The notes below the pieces were generated by a model. The model did no database searches and was not told the DNA's origin. It saw only the letters and a program-made list of their open reading frames with translations. The translations under genes were made by a program, and so were the position numbers. Below are positions 1 through 7,615 of a DNA stretch of 24,921 nt, in pieces. This DNA comes from a virus (lineage: Duplodnaviria > Caudoviricetes): IMG/VR virus record IMGVR_UViG_3300037761_000131, positions 1 through 24,921 of that record. One strand, given 5' to 3'. Position 1 is the first letter of the stretch. Every line of letters starts with the position of its first letter.

Positions 1-1
1 G

Positions 2-2050
2 TTCACCCCGATCGGCGGCAACGAGCTGAACGAGGTCGCCGGCACGACGACGACCCGCAAGGTCGACGTGCTGCTCTCGGCGAAGCGCAACGGCGCCGGC
101 GGGGAGACATCGTGGACGCTGGACATGCTGAACGGCAACGGCACCCAGGTGTGTTGGACGGTGCTGGAGATCGAAGGCGCCGGGGTCGACCCGCTGGAGA
201 CGTGGTATGTCAGCACGACCGCCGCGACCTCGCTGTATGACGGCGGTACCCCGACGACGATCGGCACCGGCCCCACCAACGCGTCGAGCTGCTTCGACGT
301 GCTGGCGATCTCGGTTCACGCGGCCCGCAGCGCCGACACGACCGTGGTCACCTGGTCGGGTCAGACCGACGGGTTCACCGAGTTCGTTGAGGTCAGCCAG
401 GTCAACGCCACCAACGCCCTGTCGATGGTGGTGTCGTACAAGCCGTCGCTCGCGCTGGGGACCTTCTCCTCCACGGCGACGCTGAGCACCGGCTCGCCGG
501 CCTGCGGCGCGGTCATCGTGCTCTACGCGGACAGCGCGAAGCACGCCCCGAACCTGCGGGCCATCTTCGGCGCCGAGATCGGCACCGGGGACGGGCTCAC
601 CGCTGGCGGTGCCGACGCGAACGGGTTCAACTCGTTCGCGCCGTGGGCGTCGTCGGCGGGTGCGCCGGAGATCGTCACCGCGCACCCCCGCACCGGTAGC
701 TACTCGATGAAGCTGTCGTCGTCGTCGGCGGCCGAGTGGGTGGCGTGGAACAACCCCGGCACCTTGAACAACGGGGCGTTCACCGCCCACGTCGGCCGGG
801 TGTGGACCGGCCGGGTGTGTTTCTACTTCGAGACCTCGCTGCCGGGCGCCGATGTGGAGTTGTTCAGCGTGGAGGCCGGGTCGGCGGCGAACGGGTTCGT
901 GTGCTGGTTCCGCAACGGCACGTCGAAGATCGCGATGAAGTCGGGCACCGGCACCGAGATTGCCTCCGACGCCACCGTCGCGGCCGGTCAGTACATCGCC
1001 GTCGACTACCGTTACGACACCCGCAACGCGACCCACACGCTGGACTGGCAGGTCGACTACAACGCCGACCCGGCCGACACGACGGCGCCGGTGGCGCAGA
1101 CGCAGGCGACCGGCGGCGGCACGTCGGCCGCCACCATCAGCGAGGTCGTGGTGGGGTGGAAGTCGGCCCAGACGGCGACCGTGTTCTACGACGACATCGC
1201 GGGCGGGTGGAGTTGGGGCATGTACCCGATCGGGGATCTGCGCATCACCCCGGTCAAGGTGGACACCGCCGGCACCGCGACCGTGTCGGGCACCAGCGGG
1301 AACTTCCGCACCTTCACCTCCAACGGCACCTTGGCGGCGTGGACGTCGGCGGGCACGCTGAACGCCCTGGACGACATCCCACCGGCGATCGGCGCCACCT
1401 CCGACGGCCTGGCCCAGGTGGCGGTGGCGGCCAGCGACTACGTGGAGGTGCCGATGGCGACCCTCACCGCCGCCCCCGACAACACGCTGCGGGCGCTGCG
1501 GTGGTACATCGCCGGCTGGGCCGCGTCCGGCAACCCGGGCACGCTCGGCTGCACATCGTGGGACGGAGTCCAGTCGTACACCATCGGGGCGGGTAGCAGC
1601 GACCACGGGTTCGACGACTCGACCACCCGCTGGATTGTCGCCACGCAGACCAACAATGGCGGCGACGCATGGAAGAACTTCTACCTGCTCACCCAGGCCA
1701 AGATGGACGCGATGGCTGTGCGGGTGGGGTTCAGCAACGACGCCAACCCCGACGTGGGCATCCACTGCATCCTGGCCGAGGTCGCCTACCAGCCCGCCAC
1801 GTCGGTGGGGCTGTTCGAGGCCGAGGGTGGCGCGTTCAACGTCTACGGCCGGATCGACCCGTCCTCGGCCGCCATCGTCAGCCTGCTCGCCACCACGCCC
1901 GCCGGCACCCGCGGCGGGACGCTGACCTGGACCGACGGCGGGTCTGACGGGTCCCAGTACGTCGGCCCGAACACGACCTACGAGAAGAGCTTCACCTCGT
2001 CGTCGATCGAGGACGTGACCTCCTACGGGTTCAGCCCCGACCCGGGGTGA
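2..2050 (+). CDS. Large beta-rich virion structural protein, probable LamG/ConA-like domain (5'-truncated by window)
   Basis: Frame is open from base 2 (FTPIGGNELNEVAG...), so the true start lies upstream of the window. Ser/Thr/Gly/Ala-rich with many aromatic-containing beta-strand-like segments ('TATVFYDDI'). Lies in the structural operon before the adaptor. Confidence 0.65.
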   Translation, partial: FTPIGGNELNEVAGTTTTRKVDVLLSAKRNGAGGETSWTLDMLNGNGTQVCWTVLEIEGAGVDPLETWYVSTTAATSLYDGGTPTTIGTGPTNASSCFDVLAISVHAARSADTTVVTWSGQTDGFTEFVEVSQVNATNALSMVVSYKPSLALGTFSSTATLSTGSPACGAVIVLYADSAKHAPNLRAIFGAEIGTGDGLTAGGADANGFNSFAPWASSAGAPEIVTAHPRTGSYSMKLSSSSAAEWVAWNNPGTLNNGAFTAHVGRVWTGRVCFYFETSLPGADVELFSVEAGSAANGFVCWFRNGTSKIAMKSGTGTEIASDATVAAGQYIAVDYRYDTRNATHTLDWQVDYNADPADTTAPVAQTQATGGGTSAATISEVVVGWKSAQTATVFYDDIAGGWSWGMYPIGDLRITPVKVDTAGTATVSGTSGNFRTFTSNGTLAAWTSAGTLNALDDIPPAIGATSDGLAQVAVAASDYVEVPMATLTAAPDNTLRALRWYIAGWAASGNPGTLGCTSWDGVQSYTIGAGSSDHGFDDSTTRWIVATQTNNGGDAWKNFYLLTQAKMDAMAVRVGFSNDANPDVGIHCILAEVAYQPATSVGLFEAEGGAFNVYGRIDPSSAAIVSLLATTPAGTRGGTLTWTDGGSDGSQYVGPNTTYEKSFTSSSIEDVTSYGFSPDPG

Positions 2051-2056
2051 TGACGC

Positions 2057-3607
2057 GTGGCGCTGCCCACCATCGTCGGCGTCGGCGCGCAGGCGTTCAG
2101 TACCGGTGACATCACCCCCGCCTACCCGTCCGGGTACACGGCGGTTGCCGATGACGTGGCGATCACGTTCATCGAAACCAACTCGGAGACGATCACCCCG
2201 CCCACGGACTGGGTGGTGGCGGCGTCGATTCCCGTCGCGTCCGGCGCCACGACCCGGCTCACGGCGATCTGGCGGCGGCTGACCGCCAGCGAGGCGGCGC
2301 CGACCATCACGTCGGCCGCCAACCACAAAATCGGAATCATGATCGTCGTGTCGGGTTGCCGCACCAGCGGCAACCCGTACGAGGCGGCACCGGCGTCCAC
2401 GGAGCTGACCGCCGACACGTCGGTCAGCATCCCGGGCGCGACGACCACGAACAACGACGTGCTGTGCCTGTACGCGTTCAGCACCGGCCAGGACGCCAAC
2501 AGCACCGCCGGGGCCACCGGGTGGGCCAACGCGTCACTGGCCAACGTGGCCGAGCAGATGGACAACTGGAGAAACGTCGGCACCGGCGGCGGGCTGGCCA
2601 TGGCGTCGGGCGAGAAGGCCACCGCCGGTGCGACTGGCGCCATGACGGCGACGCTGAGCCTGACGGCCAACTTCAAGACCCTCATGATGGTCGCGCTCGT
2701 GGGCGCGAGCGGCAGCGCGGTCACCGGTACCGCTGCCGGGTCGTTCACATTCACCGGCACGGCCGCGGGTGTGCCCGGTGTGGTCGGCACCGCCGCCAGC
2801 ACGATCACAGTCGGGGCTACGGCGCTCGGCGTCCCCGGTGTGGTCGCTACCGCCGCTGGGTCCTTCACCTTCACCGGTGCCGGGAGCGGATCGTCATCCT
2901 CCCCGCCCGTCGAAGGGCAGGCCGCCGGCACCTACACCTTCGGCAGCACAGCACTGGGTGTTGCCGGAGTCGTCGGCCAAGCCCAGAGCGCGCTCACCTT
3001 CACAGCCACCGGCCAGGGCGTCCCCGGCGTGGTCGGCACCGCGGTCACCGGCCTGACGTTCGGATCCACCGCCCAGGGCACCGCCGGGGTTGTCGGCCAG
3101 GCGCTCGCCGCGCTCGCGTTCACCGGTACCGCCATCGGGCAGGTCGCCGGAAGCGTTCAGGGCCAGGCGCTCGGGGCCTACAGTTTCGGCTCTGCCGCGG
3201 CCGGCGTCCGTGGCGTCGACGGGCAGGGCGCGGCTGCGTTCACGTTCGTCGCAGCGGCGAGCGGCGAGTCGGGCCAAGTCCCAGCGGTCGAAGGACAGGC
3301 GTCCGGCGCCTACACATTCACCGGCACTGCGGCCGGTCAGGTCACCATCACCGCCACCGCCCAACTCGACCTCACCATCGCCGCCACCGCCTCGGGGACG
3401 AGGGGCGTGGTCGGCCAGGCCGCTGCCGCACTCACATTCGGCGCGACCGCGCTCGGCTTCGGACCCGGCGCCGACGTGACAGGCGTTGCGTCGGGTGCGT
3501 TCATATTCCTGGCCGAGGTGGTCATCCCTTCGTCGCCGAGTCCGCCCTACGTGTCGTCCACCACCGCCGGCATCGTGTCGGTCTCCACGATTTGGGGTGT
3601 GCCGTGA
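2057..3607 (+). CDS. Fibre-like virion protein: N-terminal globular domain plus about 13 repeats of about 20 aa
   Basis: 516 aa. From residue 222 it repeats V-x-G-[TQ]-A-x-x-x-[FLY]-T-F-x-x-T-A-x-G. Stop overlaps the next start (GTGA). Confidence 0.65.
   Translation: MALPTIVGVGAQAFSTGDITPAYPSGYTAVADDVAITFIETNSETITPPTDWVVAASIPVASGATTRLTAIWRRLTASEAAPTITSAANHKIGIMIVVSGCRTSGNPYEAAPASTELTADTSVSIPGATTTNNDVLCLYAFSTGQDANSTAGATGWANASLANVAEQMDNWRNVGTGGGLAMASGEKATAGATGAMTATLSLTANFKTLMMVALVGASGSAVTGTAAGSFTFTGTAAGVPGVVGTAASTITVGATALGVPGVVATAAGSFTFTGAGSGSSSSPPVEGQAAGTYTFGSTALGVAGVVGQAQSALTFTATGQGVPGVVGTAVTGLTFGSTAQGTAGVVGQALAALAFTGTAIGQVAGSVQGQALGAYSFGSAAAGVRGVDGQGAAAFTFVAAASGESGQVPAVEGQASGAYTFTGTAAGQVTITATAQLDLTIAATASGTRGVVGQAAAALTFGATALGFGPGADVTGVASGAFIFLAEVVIPSSPSPPYVSSTTAGIVSVSTIWGVP
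2720..3520 (+). repeat. Degenerate coding tandem repeat, about 60 nt / 20 aa, about 13 copies
   Basis: Units include VTGTAAGSFTFTGTAAGVPG, VEGQAAGTYTFGSTALGVAG, VVGQAQSALTFTATGQGVPG and VEGQASGAYTFTGTAAGQVT. Confidence 0.85.
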
Positions 3608-4473
3608 CGATCCGCGACGTCGGCGACCGGGTCAACATCCAGTACCTGTCGTACAACGCGTCCGGTGCGCTGACGAATGCCACCGTCGCCCTGGCCGTGA
3701 CCGACCCGGCCGGCGCGGTGACCAACCCGTCGGTCACAAACACATCCACCGGCCAGTACGACGCCGCGTTCACCCTCGCCACGGCGGGGTTGTGGACGTG
3801 GACGTGGACCGTCTCCGGCGCTGTTGTCGACGTCGCCACCGGGTCGGTGTTCGCCGCCGACCCCGGCCCACCCACCTACGCGTCCATGGCCGAACTCAAG
3901 TCGTACGTCGGCGGCCTGGCCACCTCCGATACGACCGATGACGCGAAGCTGCAGGACGCGCTCACCTCGGCGTCTCGGGGGATCGAGCACTTCTGCGGCC
4001 GGGCGTTCTGGCCCCAACTGGTCGCATCGGCGAGGACGTTCCACCCGCGCTCCCTGTCGCTGGCGGTGGTGGACGACTTCTGGACCACCACCGGCCTGAT
4101 CGTCAAGACCGACGGCAGCGACTCCGGCACGTTCGGAACCACCTGGACCACCGCCGACTACAGCCTGGAACCGGCCAACGGTGTCGTCTCCGGCGAGCCG
4201 GGCTGGCCCTACTACCGCATCGTCGCGGTCAACCAGGACTTTCCCTGCGGCCGCCGCCCCAGCGTGCAGGTCACGGCGAAGTGGGGCTGGCCGACCGTGC
4301 CCGGCCCGGTGCGGCAGGCGTGCCTGGTGATCGCGGCCGAGACGTTCAAGCTCAAGGACTCCCCGTTCGGGGTGGGCGGCTACGGGCAGTTCGGCATCAT
4401 CCGGGTCCGGGACAACCCGATGGCCGCCCGGATGCTGGCCCCGTACCAGCGTGACCCGGTGCTGGTGGCGTAG
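3604..4473 (+). CDS. Head-to-tail adaptor with N-terminal Ig-like extension (289 aa)
   Basis: GTG 3604 overlaps the upstream TGA and is in frame with track ORF 2356..4473. Adaptor motifs YASMAELKSY, LTSASRGIEHFCGRAF, VQVTAKWGWPTVPGPVRQAC, LAPY. The first ~90 aa are beta-sandwich-like (VTDPAG...TGQYDAAFTL..AGLWTWTW). Confidence 0.8.
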   Translation: MTIRDVGDRVNIQYLSYNASGALTNATVALAVTDPAGAVTNPSVTNTSTGQYDAAFTLATAGLWTWTWTVSGAVVDVATGSVFAADPGPPTYASMAELKSYVGGLATSDTTDDAKLQDALTSASRGIEHFCGRAFWPQLVASARTFHPRSLSLAVVDDFWTTTGLIVKTDGSDSGTFGTTWTTADYSLEPANGVVSGEPGWPYYRIVAVNQDFPCGRRPSVQVTAKWGWPTVPGPVRQACLVIAAETFKLKDSPFGVGGYGQFGIIRVRDNPMAARMLAPYQRDPVLVA

Positions 4474-4874
4474 TGGACGTGACCGCGATCCGGGAACGGC
4501 TCGCCACCCGCGCAGCCACGGTGATCCCCCGCTCCCACGCCACCCTGCCGGACACGATCAACCCACCGGCCGCGGTGGTCATGCCCGCCCCCGGGGTGTT
4601 CATCGTCGACGCGACGATGGACGGCGCGAGGGACCTGTCGTTCGTGCTGCTGGTGCTGGTGCAGAAGGTGATCGACCGGACCAGCCAGGACGCGCTCGAC
4701 GGCTACCTGTCGGCCGACGACATCCGGGCCGCGCTCGACGCCGGTACGACCGCCGACTGGGACTTCGCCATCACCCTGTCGGCCCGCAACTACGGCGAGT
4801 TCGTGTGGGGTTCCGGCGAGGGCGCACAGCGCTATCTCGGCTTCGAGATCCCGGTCACGGTGGGCGTCTCGTGA
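4473..4874 (+). CDS. Tail terminator protein
   Basis: 133 aa, TAGTG-coupled to the adaptor. Pattern 'IRERLA...LPDTINPPAAVVMP...SQDALDGYL...YLGFEIPVTV' and gene position fit actinophage tail terminators. Confidence 0.7.
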   Translation: MDVTAIRERLATRAATVIPRSHATLPDTINPPAAVVMPAPGVFIVDATMDGARDLSFVLLVLVQKVIDRTSQDALDGYLSADDIRAALDAGTTADWDFAITLSARNYGEFVWGSGEGAQRYLGFEIPVTVGVS

Positions 4875-5146
4875 GGTGGGTCGTCGCAACTCTTAGACTT
4901 AGCAGCCCACGCGCGTAGCTCGTCCACGTTCGCGCCGATCACCTCGAGCACCGTGTCGGGGTCCCACACCACCGCTATGACCGTCTGACCGGTGGAGGGC
5001 TCTTTCGCCGCCATGACCAGTTTCGGGTCGTCGGGCGTGCTCTGGCCCGAACTGAATTCGATCATGATCGGCACGTTCTGGGGGCAGATCCCGTTCGGTG
5101 TCAGTATCCGCAGACACCACAACGCCAATCGGTCACGCCACTTCAT
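4832..5146 (-). CDS. Antisense inserted hypothetical protein (104 aa), probably leaderless
   Basis: Fills the only gap in the tail operon. TACAGT lies 6 nt before the ATG on the minus strand. The segment is flanked by a 17-bp direct repeat. Confidence 0.6.
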   Translation of the reverse strand: MKWRDRLALWCLRILTPNGICPQNVPIMIEFSSGQSTPDDPKLVMAAKEPSTGQTVIAVVWDPDTVLEVIGANVDELRAWAAKSKSCDDPPHETPTVTGISKPR

Positions 5147-5189
5147 GACACGACTGTAGCGGGGGTGCGCGAGTGAGGTGGGTCGTCGC
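4871..5189 (+). repeat. 17-bp direct repeat GTGAGGTGGGTCGTCGC (4871-4887 and 5173-5189) bounding a 302-bp insertion
   Basis: Exact match read from the sequence. It equals the first 17 nt of the glycosyltransferase gene. Confidence 0.9.
5153..5164 (-). promoter_or_regulatory. Putative -10 box TACAGT for leaderless antisense gene (shared motif TGTAGCGGGG)
   Basis: TAnnnT hexamer 6 nt upstream of ATG 5146. The same 10-mer occurs at 12611-12620. Confidence 0.55.
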
Positions 5190-6192
5190 CGCTCCCGGTC
5201 CGTCGTTCAGCGTCGCTGACGTGCATCGGGGCTGGGTCGAGGCGCTGCGCGAGCACGGCCAGCATGTGATCGAGTTCGGCCTGGACGAACGGCTCACGTT
5301 CTACGGCTCGGCGCTGCGGCAGACCGGGGAGCAGACGTTCACCCGGATGCTGACCGCCGAACAGTCCTACGAGCTCGCCGTCAACGGGTTGTACGCCACC
5401 CTCTACAAGTCGTGGCCGGACGTGCTGCTGATCGTGTCCGGGTTCTTCATCCCACCAGACCTGCTGGACCGGGCCAGACGTTCCCGCACCCGTGTCGTCA
5501 TCCTGCACACGGAATGCCCGTACGAGGATGAGCGGCAGCTGAAGCTGGCCCCGTACGCGGACGTGAACCTGATCGACGACCCGACCAACCTGGACCGGTT
5601 CGCCGCGCTCGCACCGACGTGGTACGTGCCGAAGGCGTACCGGCCGGCCATCCACCACCCCGGACCATCCGTTCCGGAGCTGGTGTGTGACCTGGGGTTC
5701 GTCGGCACCGGGTTCCCGTCCCGGGTCGCGTTCCTCGAGCAGATGGACCTGACCGGTCTGGATGTGCTGCTGGCCGGCAACTGGCAGACCGTCGGCGAGG
5801 ACTCGCCGCTGTATCCGTTCCTGGCCCACGACCCGGACGAGTGCCTGGACAACGACAAGACAGCCGACGTGTACCGGTCGGCCCGGGTCGGGTTGAACCT
5901 GTACCGCACCGAGGCGCAACGCCCGGAACTGTCGGCCGGCTGGTCGATGAGCCCTCGCGAACTTGAGGCGGCCGCGTGTGGGCTGTTCTTCCTCCGCGAC
6001 CACCGCGGCGAAGGCGATGAGGTGCTGGGGATGCTGCCCACCTTCGACTCGCCGCAAGAGGCTTCGGACCTGCTCCGGTACTGGCTGGGGCGGCCCGAGG
6101 AACGCAAGACGCTCGCAGCAAAGGCCCGTGAGGCGGTTGCCGACCGGACCTTCTTGAGCCACGCCGCGGAGCTACTGCGGCTCCTAGGTTAG
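5173..6192 (+). CDS. GT-B glycosyltransferase, CgeB/Glyco_trans_1_2-like
   Basis: 339 aa with DLGFVGT..SRVAFL, YRSARVGLN, SPRELEAAACG and 'LAAKAREAVADRTF', the typical C-terminal nucleotide-sugar-binding half of CgeB-type enzymes. Confidence 0.85.
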   Translation: MRWVVAAPGPSFSVADVHRGWVEALREHGQHVIEFGLDERLTFYGSALRQTGEQTFTRMLTAEQSYELAVNGLYATLYKSWPDVLLIVSGFFIPPDLLDRARRSRTRVVILHTECPYEDERQLKLAPYADVNLIDDPTNLDRFAALAPTWYVPKAYRPAIHHPGPSVPELVCDLGFVGTGFPSRVAFLEQMDLTGLDVLLAGNWQTVGEDSPLYPFLAHDPDECLDNDKTADVYRSARVGLNLYRTEAQRPELSAGWSMSPRELEAAACGLFFLRDHRGEGDEVLGMLPTFDSPQEASDLLRYWLGRPEERKTLAAKAREAVADRTFLSHAAELLRLLG

Positions 6193-6222
6193 TCCACAAG
6201 GGATACACGGAAGGATCGAGAC

Positions 6223-6624
6223 ATGGCTCGTTTGCACGGGCGCCGCGGGCGTGTGTACCTCGGAATCGCATCAGACACCGCCGAGGCGTCGCCGATTCCC
6301 TTCTTCAGCATGTGGTCCATCAACTTCTCCACCGACAAGGTCGACGTGACCGCGTTCGGCGACGACAACAAGATCTACGTCTCGGGGCTGCCGGACGCGT
6401 CGGGGCAGTTCTCCGGCTTCTACGACGACGCCACCGCACAGACCTACACGGCGGCGACGGACGGGCTGGCCCGCAAGTTCTATCTGTACCCGAGCACGCT
6501 GACCAACACGCAGTACTTCTTCGGCACGGTCCTGCCCGACTTCTCGGTCGACGGCGCGGTCGCCGACGCGGTGAAGGTGTCGGCGTCCTGGAACGCGGCG
6601 AGCAGGATCAGCAAGGTGGGTTAG
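6223..6624 (+). CDS. Major tail (tube) protein
   Basis: 133 aa, RBS GAAGGA. 'WSINFSTDKVDVTAFGDDNKIYVSGLPDASGQFSGFYD' is a tail-tube pattern. Lies upstream of chaperone and tape measure. Confidence 0.85.
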   Translation: MARLHGRRGRVYLGIASDTAEASPIPFFSMWSINFSTDKVDVTAFGDDNKIYVSGLPDASGQFSGFYDDATAQTYTAATDGLARKFYLYPSTLTNTQYFFGTVLPDFSVDGAVADAVKVSASWNAASRISKVG

Positions 6625-7094
6625 TGGCCGTCACGGTCAAGGTTCTCGGCACGGGGGAGCTGGACGAGAAGGCGGCCGCGCTGCGGCGGGAAGCGGCCCG
6701 GTTCCAACGCCGGGTGTCGACCGCCGCTGGTCGGGCGGTCAACCGGGTCTACCGGCCGACGCTGATCGGCATGGCCCCGACGTTCATGCCGTCCGGGTAT
6801 GTCAACGACCTCGTCAACGACCTGCGGGTCCGTACCTCGGTGCGGTTCGCCGGGTCGAGCCCCGGTGTGGGTGTGGTGGTGTCGGCGCCGACGGGTGGGC
6901 CGAAGGGCCGGGCGGTGAACGCGCTCGAGGCCGGGATTCTGCGGCATCCGCTGTTCGGCAACAAGTTGCACTGGTATGCGCAGCGGGTCGGGCGCGGGTT
7001 CGTCTCGATCCCGCTGCGGGCGGTGCAGCCGCAGATCTCCCGCGAGCTGGACCTGGAGCTGTCGGCGGTCAAGCGTGACGTGGAAGGGGCCTAG
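6624..7094 (+). CDS. Tail completion / HK97 gp10-like protein (156 aa)
   Basis: GTG 6624 (TAGTG overlap), in frame with track ORF 6312..7094. Basic protein starting 'VTVKVLGTGEL' with a 'LRHPLFGN..WY.Q' motif. Confidence 0.6.
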   Translation: MAVTVKVLGTGELDEKAAALRREAARFQRRVSTAAGRAVNRVYRPTLIGMAPTFMPSGYVNDLVNDLRVRTSVRFAGSSPGVGVVVSAPTGGPKGRAVNALEAGILRHPLFGNKLHWYAQRVGRGFVSIPLRAVQPQISRELDLELSAVKRDVEGA

Positions 7095-7484
7095 GTGTAC
7101 GAGTTCCGGCTTTCCGACAAAGACCGGGAACGGTTCGGTGTCGACGAGTGGATCGGTTGGGATCCGTGGGCCATCAGCGTCGGCGATCTCGACGAGCTGG
7201 CGGAGCGGTTCTCCTTCGACTCCGATGAGTGGCCGGAGCCGCTGTTCGGCACGTTGACGATCGAGCAGGCCGGCGAGCCGGACGCGAAACCGACCCCACC
7301 GCGTTGGCAGCGTCGGGCGGCGATCTGGATGGCGCTGCGCCAGGCCGACCTCGACGTGTCGTGGGACGACACAGCCAAGCTGCAGCACCTGAAGGTGCTC
7401 TCCCGCAGGGCCGAGGAACCGGGAAAAGACGACCCAGCTACCGGGGCTTCTACGACCCCGCCTTCCGGCACCTCTTCGGACTGA
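7095..7484 (+). CDS. Tail assembly chaperone (gpG-like)
   Basis: 129 aa, acidic, between tail tube and tape measure. Contains slippery G GGA AAA in the correct phase. Confidence 0.8.
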   Translation: MYEFRLSDKDRERFGVDEWIGWDPWAISVGDLDELAERFSFDSDEWPEPLFGTLTIEQAGEPDAKPTPPRWQRRAAIWMALRQADLDVSWDDTAKLQHLKVLSRRAEEPGKDDPATGASTTPPSGTSSD

Positions 7485-7615
7485 CCGAAGAGCAGATCGA
7501 CGTCATGTCGGTCATGCGGTGGCGTGACCACCGCCGCTTCGCCGACATGCGACTGGGGTTGACCTCACCCGACGAGCCCGAGACCGACTTCGACCAGGAG
7601 GGCTTCGGTGGCTGA
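7095..7615 (+). CDS. Tail assembly chaperone, -1 frameshifted form (gpGT-like, about 173 aa)
   Basis: After GGGAAAA (7421-7427) the -1 frame is open to 7615 (...GKRRPSYRGFYDPAFRHLFGLTEEQIDVMS...), overlapping the tape measure start. Confidence 0.8.
7421..7427 (+). other. Programmed -1 ribosomal frameshift site GGGAAAA
   Basis: X XXY YYZ heptamer, in phase, encoding Gly-Lys. This is the heptamer commonly used in actinophage chaperone genes. Confidence 0.85.

Noticed and set aside
2720-3520. CRISPR array or DGR template/variable repeat
   Set aside because: The repeats are degenerate and coding, conserved at protein level, with no spacers. No reverse transcriptase or adenine-specific repeat pair was seen.
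2356-3603. 705-aa ORF 2356..4473 as one protein
   Set aside because: The first ~415 codons are an Arg/His-rich off-frame shadow of the fibre gene. The real adaptor starts at the GTGA overlap at 3604.
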